Shown in pieces: positions 1 to 13,087 of a stretch of DNA of 64,000 nucleotides (the stretch's first letter is position 1; the number at the start of each line of letters is the position of its first letter). The notes beneath the pieces are model-generated. The model saw only the letters and a list, made by a program, of their open reading frames with translations, was not told the DNA's origin and ran no database searches. The DNA lies in contig CM120645.1 in the NCBI GenBank assembly GCA_051362555.1, positions 10,912,001 to 10,976,000 on the forward strand. The letters run 5' to 3'. The stretch comes from Lingula anatina. Its lineage: Eukaryota; Animalia; Brachiopoda. The translations under genes and the position numbers were made by a program.

Positions 1-1885
1 CATCATCAGTTGTACAGTTCACCCAAACAAAGTGCTATATGGGCAGTGTCTTCCATCAATAGCCATGCTAGAAGTGCCACCCCATGATATTGTGATATTA
101 GGCTTTGTGTGTTTTCTTCTTTTAGTAATGGTTTTCTGTATGTACAGAATATATGTGAAAATGTTTAGTGGCACTCACATAGTTTCTAAACTAAAACTAG
201 TTGAATTAACTGCTTTATCATAATATGACGTGCCCTTTACGAATGTCGCACCACAAAACTTAATATAGTCGCATGCCCTGAAGTGGCAGTATTTTTCTCA
301 TAAATAGCTACTTTTTCTTTTATAAAACTTTTGTCCATTTCAGAGTGTGTAATATTAATTGCACATAGATCAATATACTTTGATACCTTTATCTGATATT
401 AATATTATGGCTTAACTATTAACTTCAGTGGATAACTTTGTGTGTGGTATTTATTTTAAAAAAGCTTCAAAATATTAAAGCTTGATTCATGTCTTGAATA
501 AACATAACTAACATTTATTTATTATGTAATCAGAAAAAGTGGGGCATTTGTGCCGTTTTTTTTTTTTTTTTTTAACAAAAATGAACTTAAATTGTTTTCA
601 AGTTTCATACCTGTTATACTTGTGTTAAATTTATATTATATAAATAACACAGTTTGATTTAGCTTTGCATACATACATATATATATATTTAACAAAGCAT
701 ACTTACTAAGCTATTTATGGTTTGACTGTCATACTATTTCTATAGATTTTTGTGCCCTTGAATGATCGTCCTTGATCACCTTAGCTGTTGCATGTTTTTT
801 GTGTGTCTGAGACCATGGTTTTGCATATTGGATAGAGCTTACCTTGTGCTTTTTCTTATAGCTTTTTGATTACATTTATTGGATTAACAGGATTAAAGGA
901 TTAACATTTTTAATTCTTCCCATATATGTTGCTCAGTGTCCTTTAGAGCAGTTACGTTATTATTTAGTTCTTTGCTCTATTTAATATACATGTAAGTATG
1001 ATTTCTAACTCATTATATTGTTTGAAGATTAAATGCGTCAGTCCCTTTAATGGAAGGTGTCCAAGTAGTGCAGTATAATCCATGCTTGAATTTTATCCCA
1101 TTTTACCATCTCCCTTTCTTGATTTTACATGAACATGTACCTCCTTTTGACATTTGACATCTATATAGCCAGCTCCCTTGCACTTTTTCCTTATCCAGGG
1201 ATGGTAAATTTCTTAAATTCTTTTTGGACAATTTTCTCCTTCATAATGTGAAAACACGCAAAAGTGTAAATTATTTCCTGTCATGTTATTGTATGGAATA
1301 AGAGAAAAATGGGGGAAATGTCATCAGAGGCTATGGAAGTACGTAGTTATGAAGGTATTTCTGTCTTGTGTTGTTAGCATACCTAGTGCTTTGTTCTTAT
1401 ATATCCAGTGCTTCAGTTTTCCTGTGTTGTTTCTTCTCCTGGTTGCTGTTAAAGTTATGAGGTGCAGCTTTGTCTCTAGGCATATTCTTCTTGCATGGCT
1501 TCTGACTTATTCTAGTATGTTATGATCTTTTTTTCTTTTCACACATCAGTATGTTTTATGGCTCATATTTAATCTTTTTAGTAAGCAGCTTTACATATTA
1601 CCTTGACTTACGGTAATAACTGCTTGACAAATTTGAGACCCGCGCCTAATTTGGTGGGCTTTTTAATTATTGCCATAAAACATGCACTCTTAAATGAACC
1701 CAGTATTCTTTTCAGAACCTTTGATTCTCCCTTTTTGGGTATCAACAAAATGGAAAAAAATGTCATGCCTGAGCCTACATTTATATTTTCCTTAATACTT
1801 CCTGGAATACTCCATCCTGTTGAATTCTTCATTGCTTAACCTTTCCTCTAACTCATTTTTCTTGGTGTTCTTTTGTCTGTTGTAG

Positions 1886-4800
1886 TTTTTCATACAGTAA
1901 CAGAGGAGAAAAGGGCAGTTCATTGCAGGTTAAGAAAAGAGGGGGCGTTCCTGTGAATGTTAAACTCACCCCAGTGTATGAGCTAGGCCAGTTTAAGTAT
2001 CCAAGGTACCATCTATATGTCTATTATTAAACAGTGTAGGTTAGGCAGGGGGTCATATTTTACAGTGGTTGAGTTTTTTTTTTAATCTGTTATCAGACTT
2101 AAATTTTTATAGTTCTGTTGATGATGTTGTATCTGTCAGATAAGTTGAAGCCTCCACTTGAGGGAGGCAACTCATTAAACTATAATGATAAAATTCCGGT
2201 AATAGAATTTAAAAAACTTAATTCATGTGTATAAAGCAGCTGCATTGGTCAGTGAATAAAGAAGGCCATAATTTCTTAAATTTTTCAAACTTCTCATTTA
2301 TTCCTGTATAATTTTTTCTTTTCAATGTGTATCATTTAAGTTATTCTCAAAAGTGTACTTTCAAAAATGAAGTCAAACTAAGTTCAGTAATATTGTATAA
2401 ACAAAATTAAGTATGTATCATGTATTACTAACAAAAGACTGTTTAGGGGAAAATAATATTCTTTATTTTGGTTGAATTTGATGAGTAGTTTTACCTTCTA
2501 ATTAGTTATGTCCTATGGTGATTATCATGATGACCTTTGTAAGACCTTCAAAAGACCTCCACGATGGTTTTGTCTTAGTTAACATATTACTGGCTTTGTA
2601 CAGTACCATATTGCTACAATGTTGTAATAACATGTTTTTAATTGGTTAATTATTGTTATTATTTTTTAGACAATATTTTCTTTTCAAACCACAAATTTAT
2701 CAAGATGGCACTTTCCTCTGTTTTTTTAATATACATATGGTTTATTTGCCATCATTTAAGTATAATATGGAACATGAATTTTGAAACAAAAGTAATTATT
2801 TAAAAAGTTATGTAATTTTCATGATAAACATAAAATTCATGGATGGTCACTGGACATTTTTCATGATTAAAATGAAAAAAAAAAGCTCATTGCTTCTTTA
2901 CAATATTTTCAGAACTCGCATGGAATGGAGTCTGTATGCTCTGGAGAACAGCACAGTCCAGGATATTTACAGGGACATGGTAAGTGACCTCACTGTAATT
3001 GCCAAAACAATGACTTAAAATGACTTACACAACATCTCATCTAACATAATGGCTCAGTTACAGAATGCTCTACAGAAGTCAACGGGTGCTTTCAGAAAGA
3101 AACTGGTAGTAGGTACACATGTAGATGGATCCAACTCTGCGGGGACTCTTGCTGAATGCCATCATATTAACAAGATCACAAGTCTCCTCCAGCAACTAGG
3201 GGGTGATTGTGTCTAAACAAAGTGAAAAACTTTCCAAAAACTGAGCACAAATGAAGGTTAATCACCCCCTAGCTGCTCAAGGAGGCCTGTCATTTAGTTT
3301 TAGTATTCAGAAAGTCCTCATGGATTTGGAAGGACCTACATAGTATGGTTTTATTGGGAACGCACCCATTCACATTGCCTTAAATGATATTGCACAAAAC
3401 ACCTAAATTTATAGTAATACATTTAAAACTAGTGACAATTAATGCATGTCTTACTCAGCAGCTTGTACCGTCACCCATAACACATTAAATTACATGCCAG
3501 CACTCCCAACACAATGAATCACTTGGTGTCACACCTAGCACAATGACTTAAAAATTCTTTCCAAATACAAACTAAGCAGATGACACCACTCACCTGTTGC
3601 TTTTCAGGTAGAAATGGGTATGAGGAACAAACAAGGCAACCCACCAGCTTACCTCCAGTTGATCCAAGAGGCACATATAGTACTGAAACAAAACATGCTG
3701 ATAGGGGGTGCTGACAACAAGTCTCATGATCTCTATCTGGAGTCGTGTGCCCTGCTGGGGGAGTATTATGCCAGGTACACGCACATAAAAAAAAAAAAAA
3801 AAAGTGAATGTAGATGGGAGGACCAGGCTAAACATTCTCCTTTTAATGAGACAAAAATGGTGGATTGAAGCAACTTTTATAACCTTACATACAGTCTTAC
3901 TCAGAGTCTCACTAAAGTTGCACTATTTTGTATCTGTCAAATCATCATTTCTTTCTTGAAAATGTGTTTGAAAATTAAGATTGCCTGATCCATTTAGCTG
4001 CTATGATTGTAGGTTTCTCTAGCACTGTGCAGACTTCTGCCTTTTTAGTGAGCCAGGCTCATCTGTTCACAATCTTGAAATAGTTACAAATTAAATTCTT
4101 AAAGAAAAGTTCATTACTTGACTTTAAAAGATTTAAGGCAGTGGAGTTCATTTTTACCTATGTCAGCGCTATTTTGGAGTGAATAAATTGATGGGGCAAA
4201 GATGAAGCAAAAGGACCCCTTGAGTTACTACCAGGGAAATATGATGGATGACAGTGTGTATGTTCTGTTCCAGCCCCCAGTCTGAACACTATGAGCTGGC
4301 CCTGCCATATTACATCATGTCTGACCTGACCGTTGGAGAAATAATGTCCCGGCTTTTTCCCCCACAGCCGAAAGAAAAGGTAAGACCACTTTCATCTTGG
4401 AAGTCCAGGCCAGTAGCCGGGGATGGTGGGGGGGGGGGGGGGGGGGGTTCAAAAGAACCACCCTTTTTGCGCGGAAAAGGTCCCCTCTGGGTAAATTTGT
4501 CTCTTGGTACATGAAGGTTCATGTTAAAAGGTCCACTTTTTCAGAAAGAGGTCCCCCCTTTTGGAATTTCTGGCTATGGGCCTGAAGTCTGTGAAGTGCC
4601 ATCGTGTCACAACCATAGAATGGGGATCATACAAGACAGTCTGAAGTAACTCAGCTATGCTTAAAATCTTTTACAATATTTTCTCCCCATCTGTGCTTTA
4701 GATTGTTGATAAACTCTTTGTTTGTCTTTTGTTTCTTGAACAGATCTCTGAGAACAGTGTTGGCAAAGGACTCATTCACTATCTGAACTATGTACTGTTT

Positions 4801-7800
4801 GAGAATGAAGAGGCAGTGACAGTAGAACAAGTGAGTAGAACAGTGATCATTTTAATTGCAGGGGACAAATTTATGTGAAAACCTTAATCAATGCACATAA
4901 GCACTAAGCAGCAGTCAATCTTTTGCAGAAGTATTTGTGGAGGAAGTAACTAAAAATATATTAAGTATCAGTTTTTTTTTAAACTGAAATATGTGCATGA
5001 GTATCCACACTTTTGTTACTGTTTTCTGTTCTTTTGTGTTGTTGTTTCTGTTAAGATTGTTAAATTCCAATATTTTGGGTGTTGAAAAATAAATTTTCAC
5101 TCATCTCGCTATTTAGAATGATCTTCTCATCATTTTCAGGTAGTTATACATAAATGTACAGATTCTGTACTCTCTTTAGAAACATTAATTGCTGCATTGC
5201 TGACTGTGGTTGTAATTTATGTATGCCTGGGTACCAAGGTATTATCATTGTGGATCATCTACTTTAACACTTTTTATTAAAAAAAGGACTTCACTTTTTT
5301 AAAAAAGGACTTCACCCATTTTTTTTTTTTTTTTTTTTTTTTTGAATGAGTAATTTCAGTCTGTAATTTATTCCTTACAGCACATTACGGAGACCATTCT
5401 ACATGTGTACAGTGTGGCCTGTCCAGAGAAACTCCCTGTCATAGTGTTGGATTCCAATCTAACATGCTATAATGATGGTGAGGCAACTTTTGATAAATAT
5501 ATTACACTGAATTTCCTTTTTCTATTTCTGGATTTGCATTAACAAGTCTGATTGTCCTCTCCAAGAAGACTGGAGGTGGTTTCTTACACCCCATTTCCAT
5601 AGATTTTTAGATCGATCTATCCCTGTGGGGAGTCTCACTAGATTACTGTCAGCTTGGCCGGCCTACTAAAAGCTGTAAAAGGGGTAATTAACTATGGTGC
5701 CCGCTCAGCTGACTGCAATTTAGCGTGAACCCCCAGGGAGTTAGGTCGATCTAAATCTTAATCTTTATATCGATCTAAATCTTTGGAAAGCACCCTTAGT
5801 CTCATGGTTTTAGCTGATAGTATCTGTGACTTCATGGTCATAGTGGATCTGGCAGACTTCAGTAAACTTATCAAGTTATTTACAGAGGCAAATCCAGAGA
5901 TATTTTCTCACAGAATTCCAAGTTATCTTTGTTGATCTATCCTCCATTATGCCCATCTTCCTACAGACAAAAAAAAATAATGCCTGACAATGTAGACTTG
6001 AAAAACTCTCCAGAAGTCCCAGAAGATTGCCTCTGTTGTTTACGACAGATTGGTGGACATTGGCTATTTTAAAGTATGGATGAAAAAAATTGTTGAAAAA
6101 ATAAATAATAGAATCAGCTACGTGTACCTCTAGAGACAGTTCAACTCCCAGTTGCACTATTGAAAATTTTATAGGGCCCATGCACATATCTCTAATAACA
6201 GGTGTATTGATTTCTAAAGTTTCAAGTTCCTCACACTCATTGTTTAGGAGGAGATACCGGTATCAGACATTTCATAGGCATTGGTGGACAGACAGTTGGG
6301 ATAACAAAATCCCAATTAAACTTAAGTTTTTACTTTAAAAAAATTTTCACTGTCACTTATCACTTTGAAGTGAAGATCAATGAAAACTAGTGTAAAATAA
6401 CTCCATGTTCCTGGATAGATTTAGCAGTGCAAGAAAAATTACAATTAGGATAACTTGCACACAGTGTCAGTTTCAAAGATATTTATTAATATCTGTGTAT
6501 TATTCTTTGTATTGGTAAGATTCCAATATCTCCATGATCAAGTCAGAATACATATTAAGTATATGTATAAGCATAGTGGTATTGATTTAAATCGTTCACT
6601 AAAATCTGACAAGATCAAGATTATTCTTCAGAGCTTCACTTGTTTATTTTGTTGCTGTGAAGATGGCAAAAACATCAGCATATGCTTGGGTACCTGAAAT
6701 ATACAAAAGATGCTTTTAAAAGGGATCACTTCTAATTTTGGATTTATTCAATATAATTATGGAAAATAGGAAATAATCAAAAGAAGAAATTGATTAATAT
6801 TTGCTTGTACTAAATTGTATTGATTTAGGTGAACAAACGTATTTCTGTTAGTTGTAATTCCATAATATTTTAGTGAACATTATGGAATTACAACTGAATG
6901 CATATTTCACAAAAAGGAATGCTAATAGCAACATTATTTATGCATAGAGTTCAGCACTATTAATAAGTTTCATACAAAGTCAATTTTTTGTCACAAAAAC
7001 CAACCAAATGCCAGCATATAGTTTCAAGTAGTATAACTAAGAGAATTACCAAATGGCATTATTTAATTGTACCACCAGCGTTAGCGCTGGCGGTACACAT
7101 GGTTTTAGTCCCGTCCGGATCGTTCCGCCGGCTCCTGCGGCTCCGCCGGACGGCTACCGTTACCGCTTCTCCTCCTAGACGGTAAGGGCCTCCATACCCA
7201 TCTCTTGGATTTAGGTCACCTATAATCTCAACTCGTTTCACGTAAAATTTGGGCTTTGTCGGTATTGGGGTCTAGGTGTGGCACTCATTGCAATGCACCC
7301 TTGTCTAAAAATGGCAAAATTATGCTAATTATGCTAATTATCTACCCTAAGGAAGGAATTATGGGAAAAATTTCTACAGATGGCTTTCCAAAAGTCATAT
7401 GTGTAGATTTCAAATATGCCCTTGGATTTGACCTTTGACCTTTATTTCAAGGTCAAAAGGGCCAAAATTTTCAAAAAAAACGAATTTTTTTACAAAAAAA
7501 AATTATTTGCCCTGTTATTCAGACACCACACAGACTTAACCAATAATATTATTGGAAAGTGTTACCCTTCAGATCATCTTTCATCTCCGTGAATTTGGGG
7601 TCAATCGGTGCATTTTCATGGGAGTAGCGGCCATAAGATACCGAAACTGAAAACTGTCTCTAATTTGGGAACTGTTAATGCTAGAGACCCATTCTTTTTT
7701 GCATTTTGTAAAGCCCAACACTGGAGGTGGTCTCGGTTTTTTTGTATTCCAAACGGTTTTCGAGTTACGGTGTATCAAAAAGTACTTATTGGTGGTGAAA

Positions 7801-10800
7801 GCAAAATGTGCAGTACGGTAATGGATAATAAATTTTGAACTCTGGAAAAATAAAACATAAGGCTTGGCGAGGCAGACAACCTGTGGTCAAAAATGACATT
7901 ATTTCATCAAATTTGAACATCTAGAACTTCAGAGCACCTCCCATTTCAAGAATTTTGACCAAAATGACATTTTCTTTATTTTAATTAATTTTTTCTGTAC
8001 GAAATTTATGGCACGTTATTGTAACTCCAAAATTATAACATTTAGTCCCTTATATCTCCAAAACTGGCAGAGATAGGTCCATAGTTACTATTGAAGTTGA
8101 ATAGGAAATCATATACTGGCAATCTAAATGTGACCTTGAAATTGACCTTTGACCTACTTTGCATCATGAATTGAACTTTACAAATTTTGTTCCCTTTTAT
8201 CTCCAAAACTAGCAGAGATAGGTCCATAGTTACTATTGAACTTGAATAGGAAGTCATATACTGGCAATCTAAATGTGACCTTGAAAATGACCTTTGACCT
8301 ACTTTACACCATAAACTGAACTTTGCAACTTTTTAATGCTTTTATTTTCAAAACTGGCAGAGATATGCCCATAGTTACTATTGAATTTGAATAGAAAGTC
8401 ATATGAGGCAATCTAAGTGTGACCTTGAAATTTACCTTTGACCTACTTTTCATCATGATATGAAGTTTACAAATTTTGGTTCCCTTTTATCTCCAAAACT
8501 GGCAGAGATAGGTCCATAGTTACTATTGAACTTGAATAGGAAGTCATATACTGGCAATATAAATGTGACCTTGAAATTGACCTTTGACCTACTTTTCATC
8601 AGGAATTGAACTTTGCAAATTTCCGTTCCCTTTTATCTTCAAAACTGGCAGATATAGGTCCACAGTTAGTATTGAACTTGAATATGAAGTCATTAGAGGC
8701 AATTTACTGTGATCTTAAAATTGACCTTTGACCTACCTTTAACCATGAACTTAACTTTGCAAATTTTGGTTCCCTTTTATTTCCAAAACTGACAAGATAC
8801 GCCCATAGTTACTACTGAATTTGAATAGGAAGTCATATACTGGCAATCGAAGTGTGACCTTGAAATTTACGTTTGACCTACTGTTTATCATGAATTGAAG
8901 TTTACAAATTTTGGTTCCCTTTTATCTCCAAAACTAGCAGAGATAGGTCCAAAGTTGCTATTGAACTTGAATAGGAAGTCATATACTGGAAATTTACTGT
9001 GACCTTGAAATTGACCTTTGACCTACCTTACTATGAACTGAACTTTGATTGTATCATTTTTAGTTATATATTTTTTTTGCATATTTTTGGGATTTTTGTT
9101 GATTGCATTTTTTACAGCTTGTCAAGTACAAGACTGGTGGTGGTGTCCCTTTTTTGTGTGTGTGGGGGTCTATACGATCGCGCTTACCCCAGCTGGTGGT
9201 ACAATATTCAGAGGCGGTATCGCCTCTCTGATCCTCTAGTTTTACCCTAAAATGATGTTTGAATGGATTTTACTGCTAGCATTCTATGCTGTATGTCAAT
9301 GGGGCAGAAAAGTAGGTCATCAAAGAAGGTTAAATTTCCGACCAAAAATTTTAAGAAAGGAGCAGTCTAAAGCTCTTTTATGGCTGATCAAGTGATCTAT
9401 TCAGTTTATCCCTTGGCATGTCGAATTTATGTGAGTCGTATAAGAAACTAGTAGAAGTGGTTTACATGTGTTACTGGGAATCCACGATCCACTGATGCTC
9501 AGTTCGTATATACCTTTAAGAAACTTTTGAAGCACTTGAACTACTGGGATAATAATGGCTTCTTTTTTTGAAAAAAAAAAAAATCATCCTGCGGGTGAAC
9601 AAGGCAAATGATAGACCTTCAAAATAACCCACCTTTTGCAAAACGTATGGCAGTGTGCCCTGGGGCATAGATGAATGCAGGATACCTGGGGACCGTCTCG
9701 TAGGAACAATATGCTCTATTTACCACGCTCAGCCAGCCAACATCATCATCACAACCATTATAGGACTTATTGATGTAGAAATTACGTTGATGAATTGATC
9801 TGTAAATTATTTAATAAATTTATTACAAATTAAGAATTATAGTAAGAATTGTTCATGATGAATTAAAAAACTATTTGACAACTTAGGTTAAGTTTGATCA
9901 TTAAGGTATCGCAGTATAGTATATGTGTTCCAGGAGTCAACAATGGAAAATTAACAGTAACATTTCCAACTTATGCTTATTTCCTATTACAGCAACAGTC
10001 AGATTTAGTGAGGGAAGGGGCTATCAAATAGACGTTCAGACAGATAGATAGTCAGACAGACAATAGAACATACTTTGTATGACCTTGAATGCTAAAAAAA
10101 TAGCCAGCTGTAGAAGTTGAAGCTGTTTTAATGTCTACATATGGAGAAGAGATGAGTCTGCCCCTGGTAAACCAAGACATCTTGTCACTTCCCACAGCAT
10201 TAAAAACCAGCACAAGGCGTTCTATACCAGCCTGATAAAGGACAACTTTTACCTGAAATTATAAGTAAAAAACAGCATTTTACCTTCAATACCAATTCTA
10301 CCAGATGTCCTGAGGTCAAAGTTGTCCACCCCAAGATGGGGCATGGGTTTGAATCTGTCTAGTGACAAGATGTACAATGTAGCAGTTCTTTATAAACAGT
10401 ACCTGCTGTCTCCCCAGGCACTTAGCATTTAAGGGTTGAAACAAGGGTAAAATACATGGTCTGGCAGTGAAAGGTATTGTTTCTACATATGCAAGCTTTC
10501 AGCACCCCAGAAAAGTGAGGTTGACTATATATATATATGCACCAGGCATTTTCTGTATCTAATGTAAAGTGTACTTAGATGCAGCGCACTGTAGTAAATG
10601 AGAACTAGACTTTTATACCTTACTTTATATTCAGAAAAATTACTTTCTTTAAACTGTTTATTTAATTGTTTTTGTATGGATATTTTAACAAGGACTAAAA
10701 ACTAATGGCTCACTCACATATTTGATTTTCTGACTTGCCCAGTTGTTAACTGCAGAGGACTTGTAGTGTGCTAACAAATCGTCATTCAGCTGTTTGGCTT

Positions 10801-13056
10801 TGGGGTTATCTTCGTTCAAAGCTTGATTGGAGGTCCACAGCTGATAGATGTCACCACCTGCACCTGCCACTGCCTTGAAAACCAGGCGCCATTTGTCTGG
10901 TTTGCTCGATTCCAATGCTTAAAAAAAGATTTAACAGAAAATATAAAATATTAAAGTACTTGTGGATTCTGTCTAATGTGATTGCTGTTTACAGAAGATG
11001 CTCAAATGTAGAGTTATTTGGACAAATATGAACACCTGATCAAAAAGCTCTTCTTAGATAATGCTTACAGAATATTGAATGGCTCGGTACTAATTTCAAA
11101 GGTTAATAACTTCAATAGTTTGAAAGATTTTGATTTGAAATTTTGCATAAGACAAGAATTATATTATAAATATAACAATCATGTTTTTATTAATATAATT
11201 AAAATATAATAATACAAGTAGGGTTTTTGAAAGGTGGAAGCTATTATTTTTTAGTGTCAAAACTCATTAAACAATTTTTATTATTTCTCAAACTGAGGGT
11301 AATGTCAGACCAAGGATTTTATATCCATGGTTTTAATGGTGTGATTGTTAACATGCTGAAATTTTAAATGTCTATTATTTCCCCAAATAAAATGTAACAA
11401 ACTTGTAAATGAAACCAGTAAGTGATTGAACATAAGAAATATATCATAAAATACATGCTACAGAAAACCTTGTCAAGCTTTTCCTTTAGACAGATAGACT
11501 AACCCAGGAACTTAATCTTACCGTCTAGCCTTGATTTAAGGTTTTCACAGCAATCCCATTGCAAAGATGTTTGTGGCATTTTAAAGTTGCATTGGCCGCT
11601 AAGCTGCTGGGCAGTTTCAACACCATAAAATTTCAACCAAATCAGCAGTGCAATAATCAGTTTTGGCCATATCTCAGCCTGGGCCTTTGGAGCCATCATC
11701 ATCATCTTAACTGTGTTGATCACTGAATCTCAACTGCCCTGGAGTATCTTAAATCTCTGTATTAATATGTGTTGCTTTGATTTTTGAGTTGATTCTCTCA
11801 CATTACTTTTTCATGGTCTTCATTGAATCAGAAAATTGTTTACAGTGATTTCATGATGGTATCTCTCTGGGTTGTTCTCAAACTTATGTATTTCTAGAAA
11901 CCTTGATGTCTTGTAAATGTAGTAGTAATTGTTCCATAACTGTATATACAATGAATGTAATAGTATCATTCTGGTAATTGAATCTGGTTTGAAATTTCTG
12001 AGATTAGTGATTTCAGTCCCTGTTCATATAAGAATGAACTTACACCCATGATAGATAGTTTTGCATCAGGAACTACCTGTGATGTCAGGATTGTATGTTT
12101 TCTACATCAAGTAGTTTGAGAACTGATTATATATGTCAATGAGTCTTACTTGGTCCTGATGTGAACAGGCCTAGATTCTATACAGCTATAATGTTTTTGT
12201 CAAAGTGAATACATTTACATGGCCTAGCTATAATGGCATTCTAATTATTAAGTTTAGTTAATTCCCTAAAAAAACATTACTTTTCTCCATGGTGAGATGA
12301 CAAGGTCATTTTAATTTTTATTCCCTGTTGATAATCTTAGGATTTGTCACTTAATGTCTTTTCTAAATCATATGCTCATTATCTTCATTGGTCACTGTTG
12401 ATAGTTGAGGGCAGGTAAAAATAGGATCCCAAGACTCCTGTCCCTGAAGATTTTCTCTGGATCACCTCTTCTACTCTGGCTTCCATGATCAACTTTCCAA
12501 ATAGAAATATTTGTAATATGAGTTTAAATCCTAGAAAAAAATTGAAATAGATTACCCATAATTGAGTAAATAGGTGCTAAAAAGAAACTGATAAAGAATA
12601 ATTAGATCAACTGGCAGTCAAAACAGACAGGGAGATAGAGAGAGAGAAAGAAAGGACGAGAGAGAAAGGGAGAAAGGGAAGGTATACGTATACTTATTTT
12701 TGTTTGAATTCTCCTGTGCCCACGCTACAGCTTAGGTGATAATGTTTTGCTTGCTGATCTGAAGATTCTTGGAAATTAATGTTTATATCAGAAACTGTAA
12801 TTCTAGGAATGCAAGAGTCAGGCCAAAGTGTCTTGTTACAACTCAGTTTGAGCATAAAGAATCTGTGATAATATAAAATTAAGGCAAAATAATTCAGATG
12901 ACAAATATAACTGCATTAAAAGCAATGGGTGCATTGGAATGGAGTATTGTTTTGGGGAAAAAATTAGCATAGTAAGATATTGAAACATTAAAGTTCCTAA
13001 AGAAAACGCATTTGGTCTGTAATTTTAACCGTCCTCAGCCAGAGATGGCAACTCCC

Positions 13057-13087
<31 letters not shown>

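Larger units (their letters stand above)
6971..9515. mobile_element. Non-autonomous DNA transposon (TTAA-flanked AGG terminus, Kolobok-like), split by the HINE insertion
   Basis: 6971-7068 plus 9241-9515 join into a sequence matching the reverse complement of the uninterrupted copy at 49762-50119. The terminus CCT|TTAA is at 9513-9519. The left boundary may extend to TTAA-AAGGG near 6716-6724. Confidence 0.65.

Noticed and set aside
32-1839. Short ORFs at the window start and most other 60-100-aa ORFs in the track
   Set aside because: Low-complexity or AT-rich intronic frames lacking splice-compatible or homologous signals.
5830-6075. Possible extra HPS3 exon (KTLQKSQKIASVVYDRLVDIGYFK|gt)
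   Set aside because: It has in-frame stops upstream and no phase-compatible acceptor. Exon 5477 joins 15062 directly with a good HPS3-like sequence.
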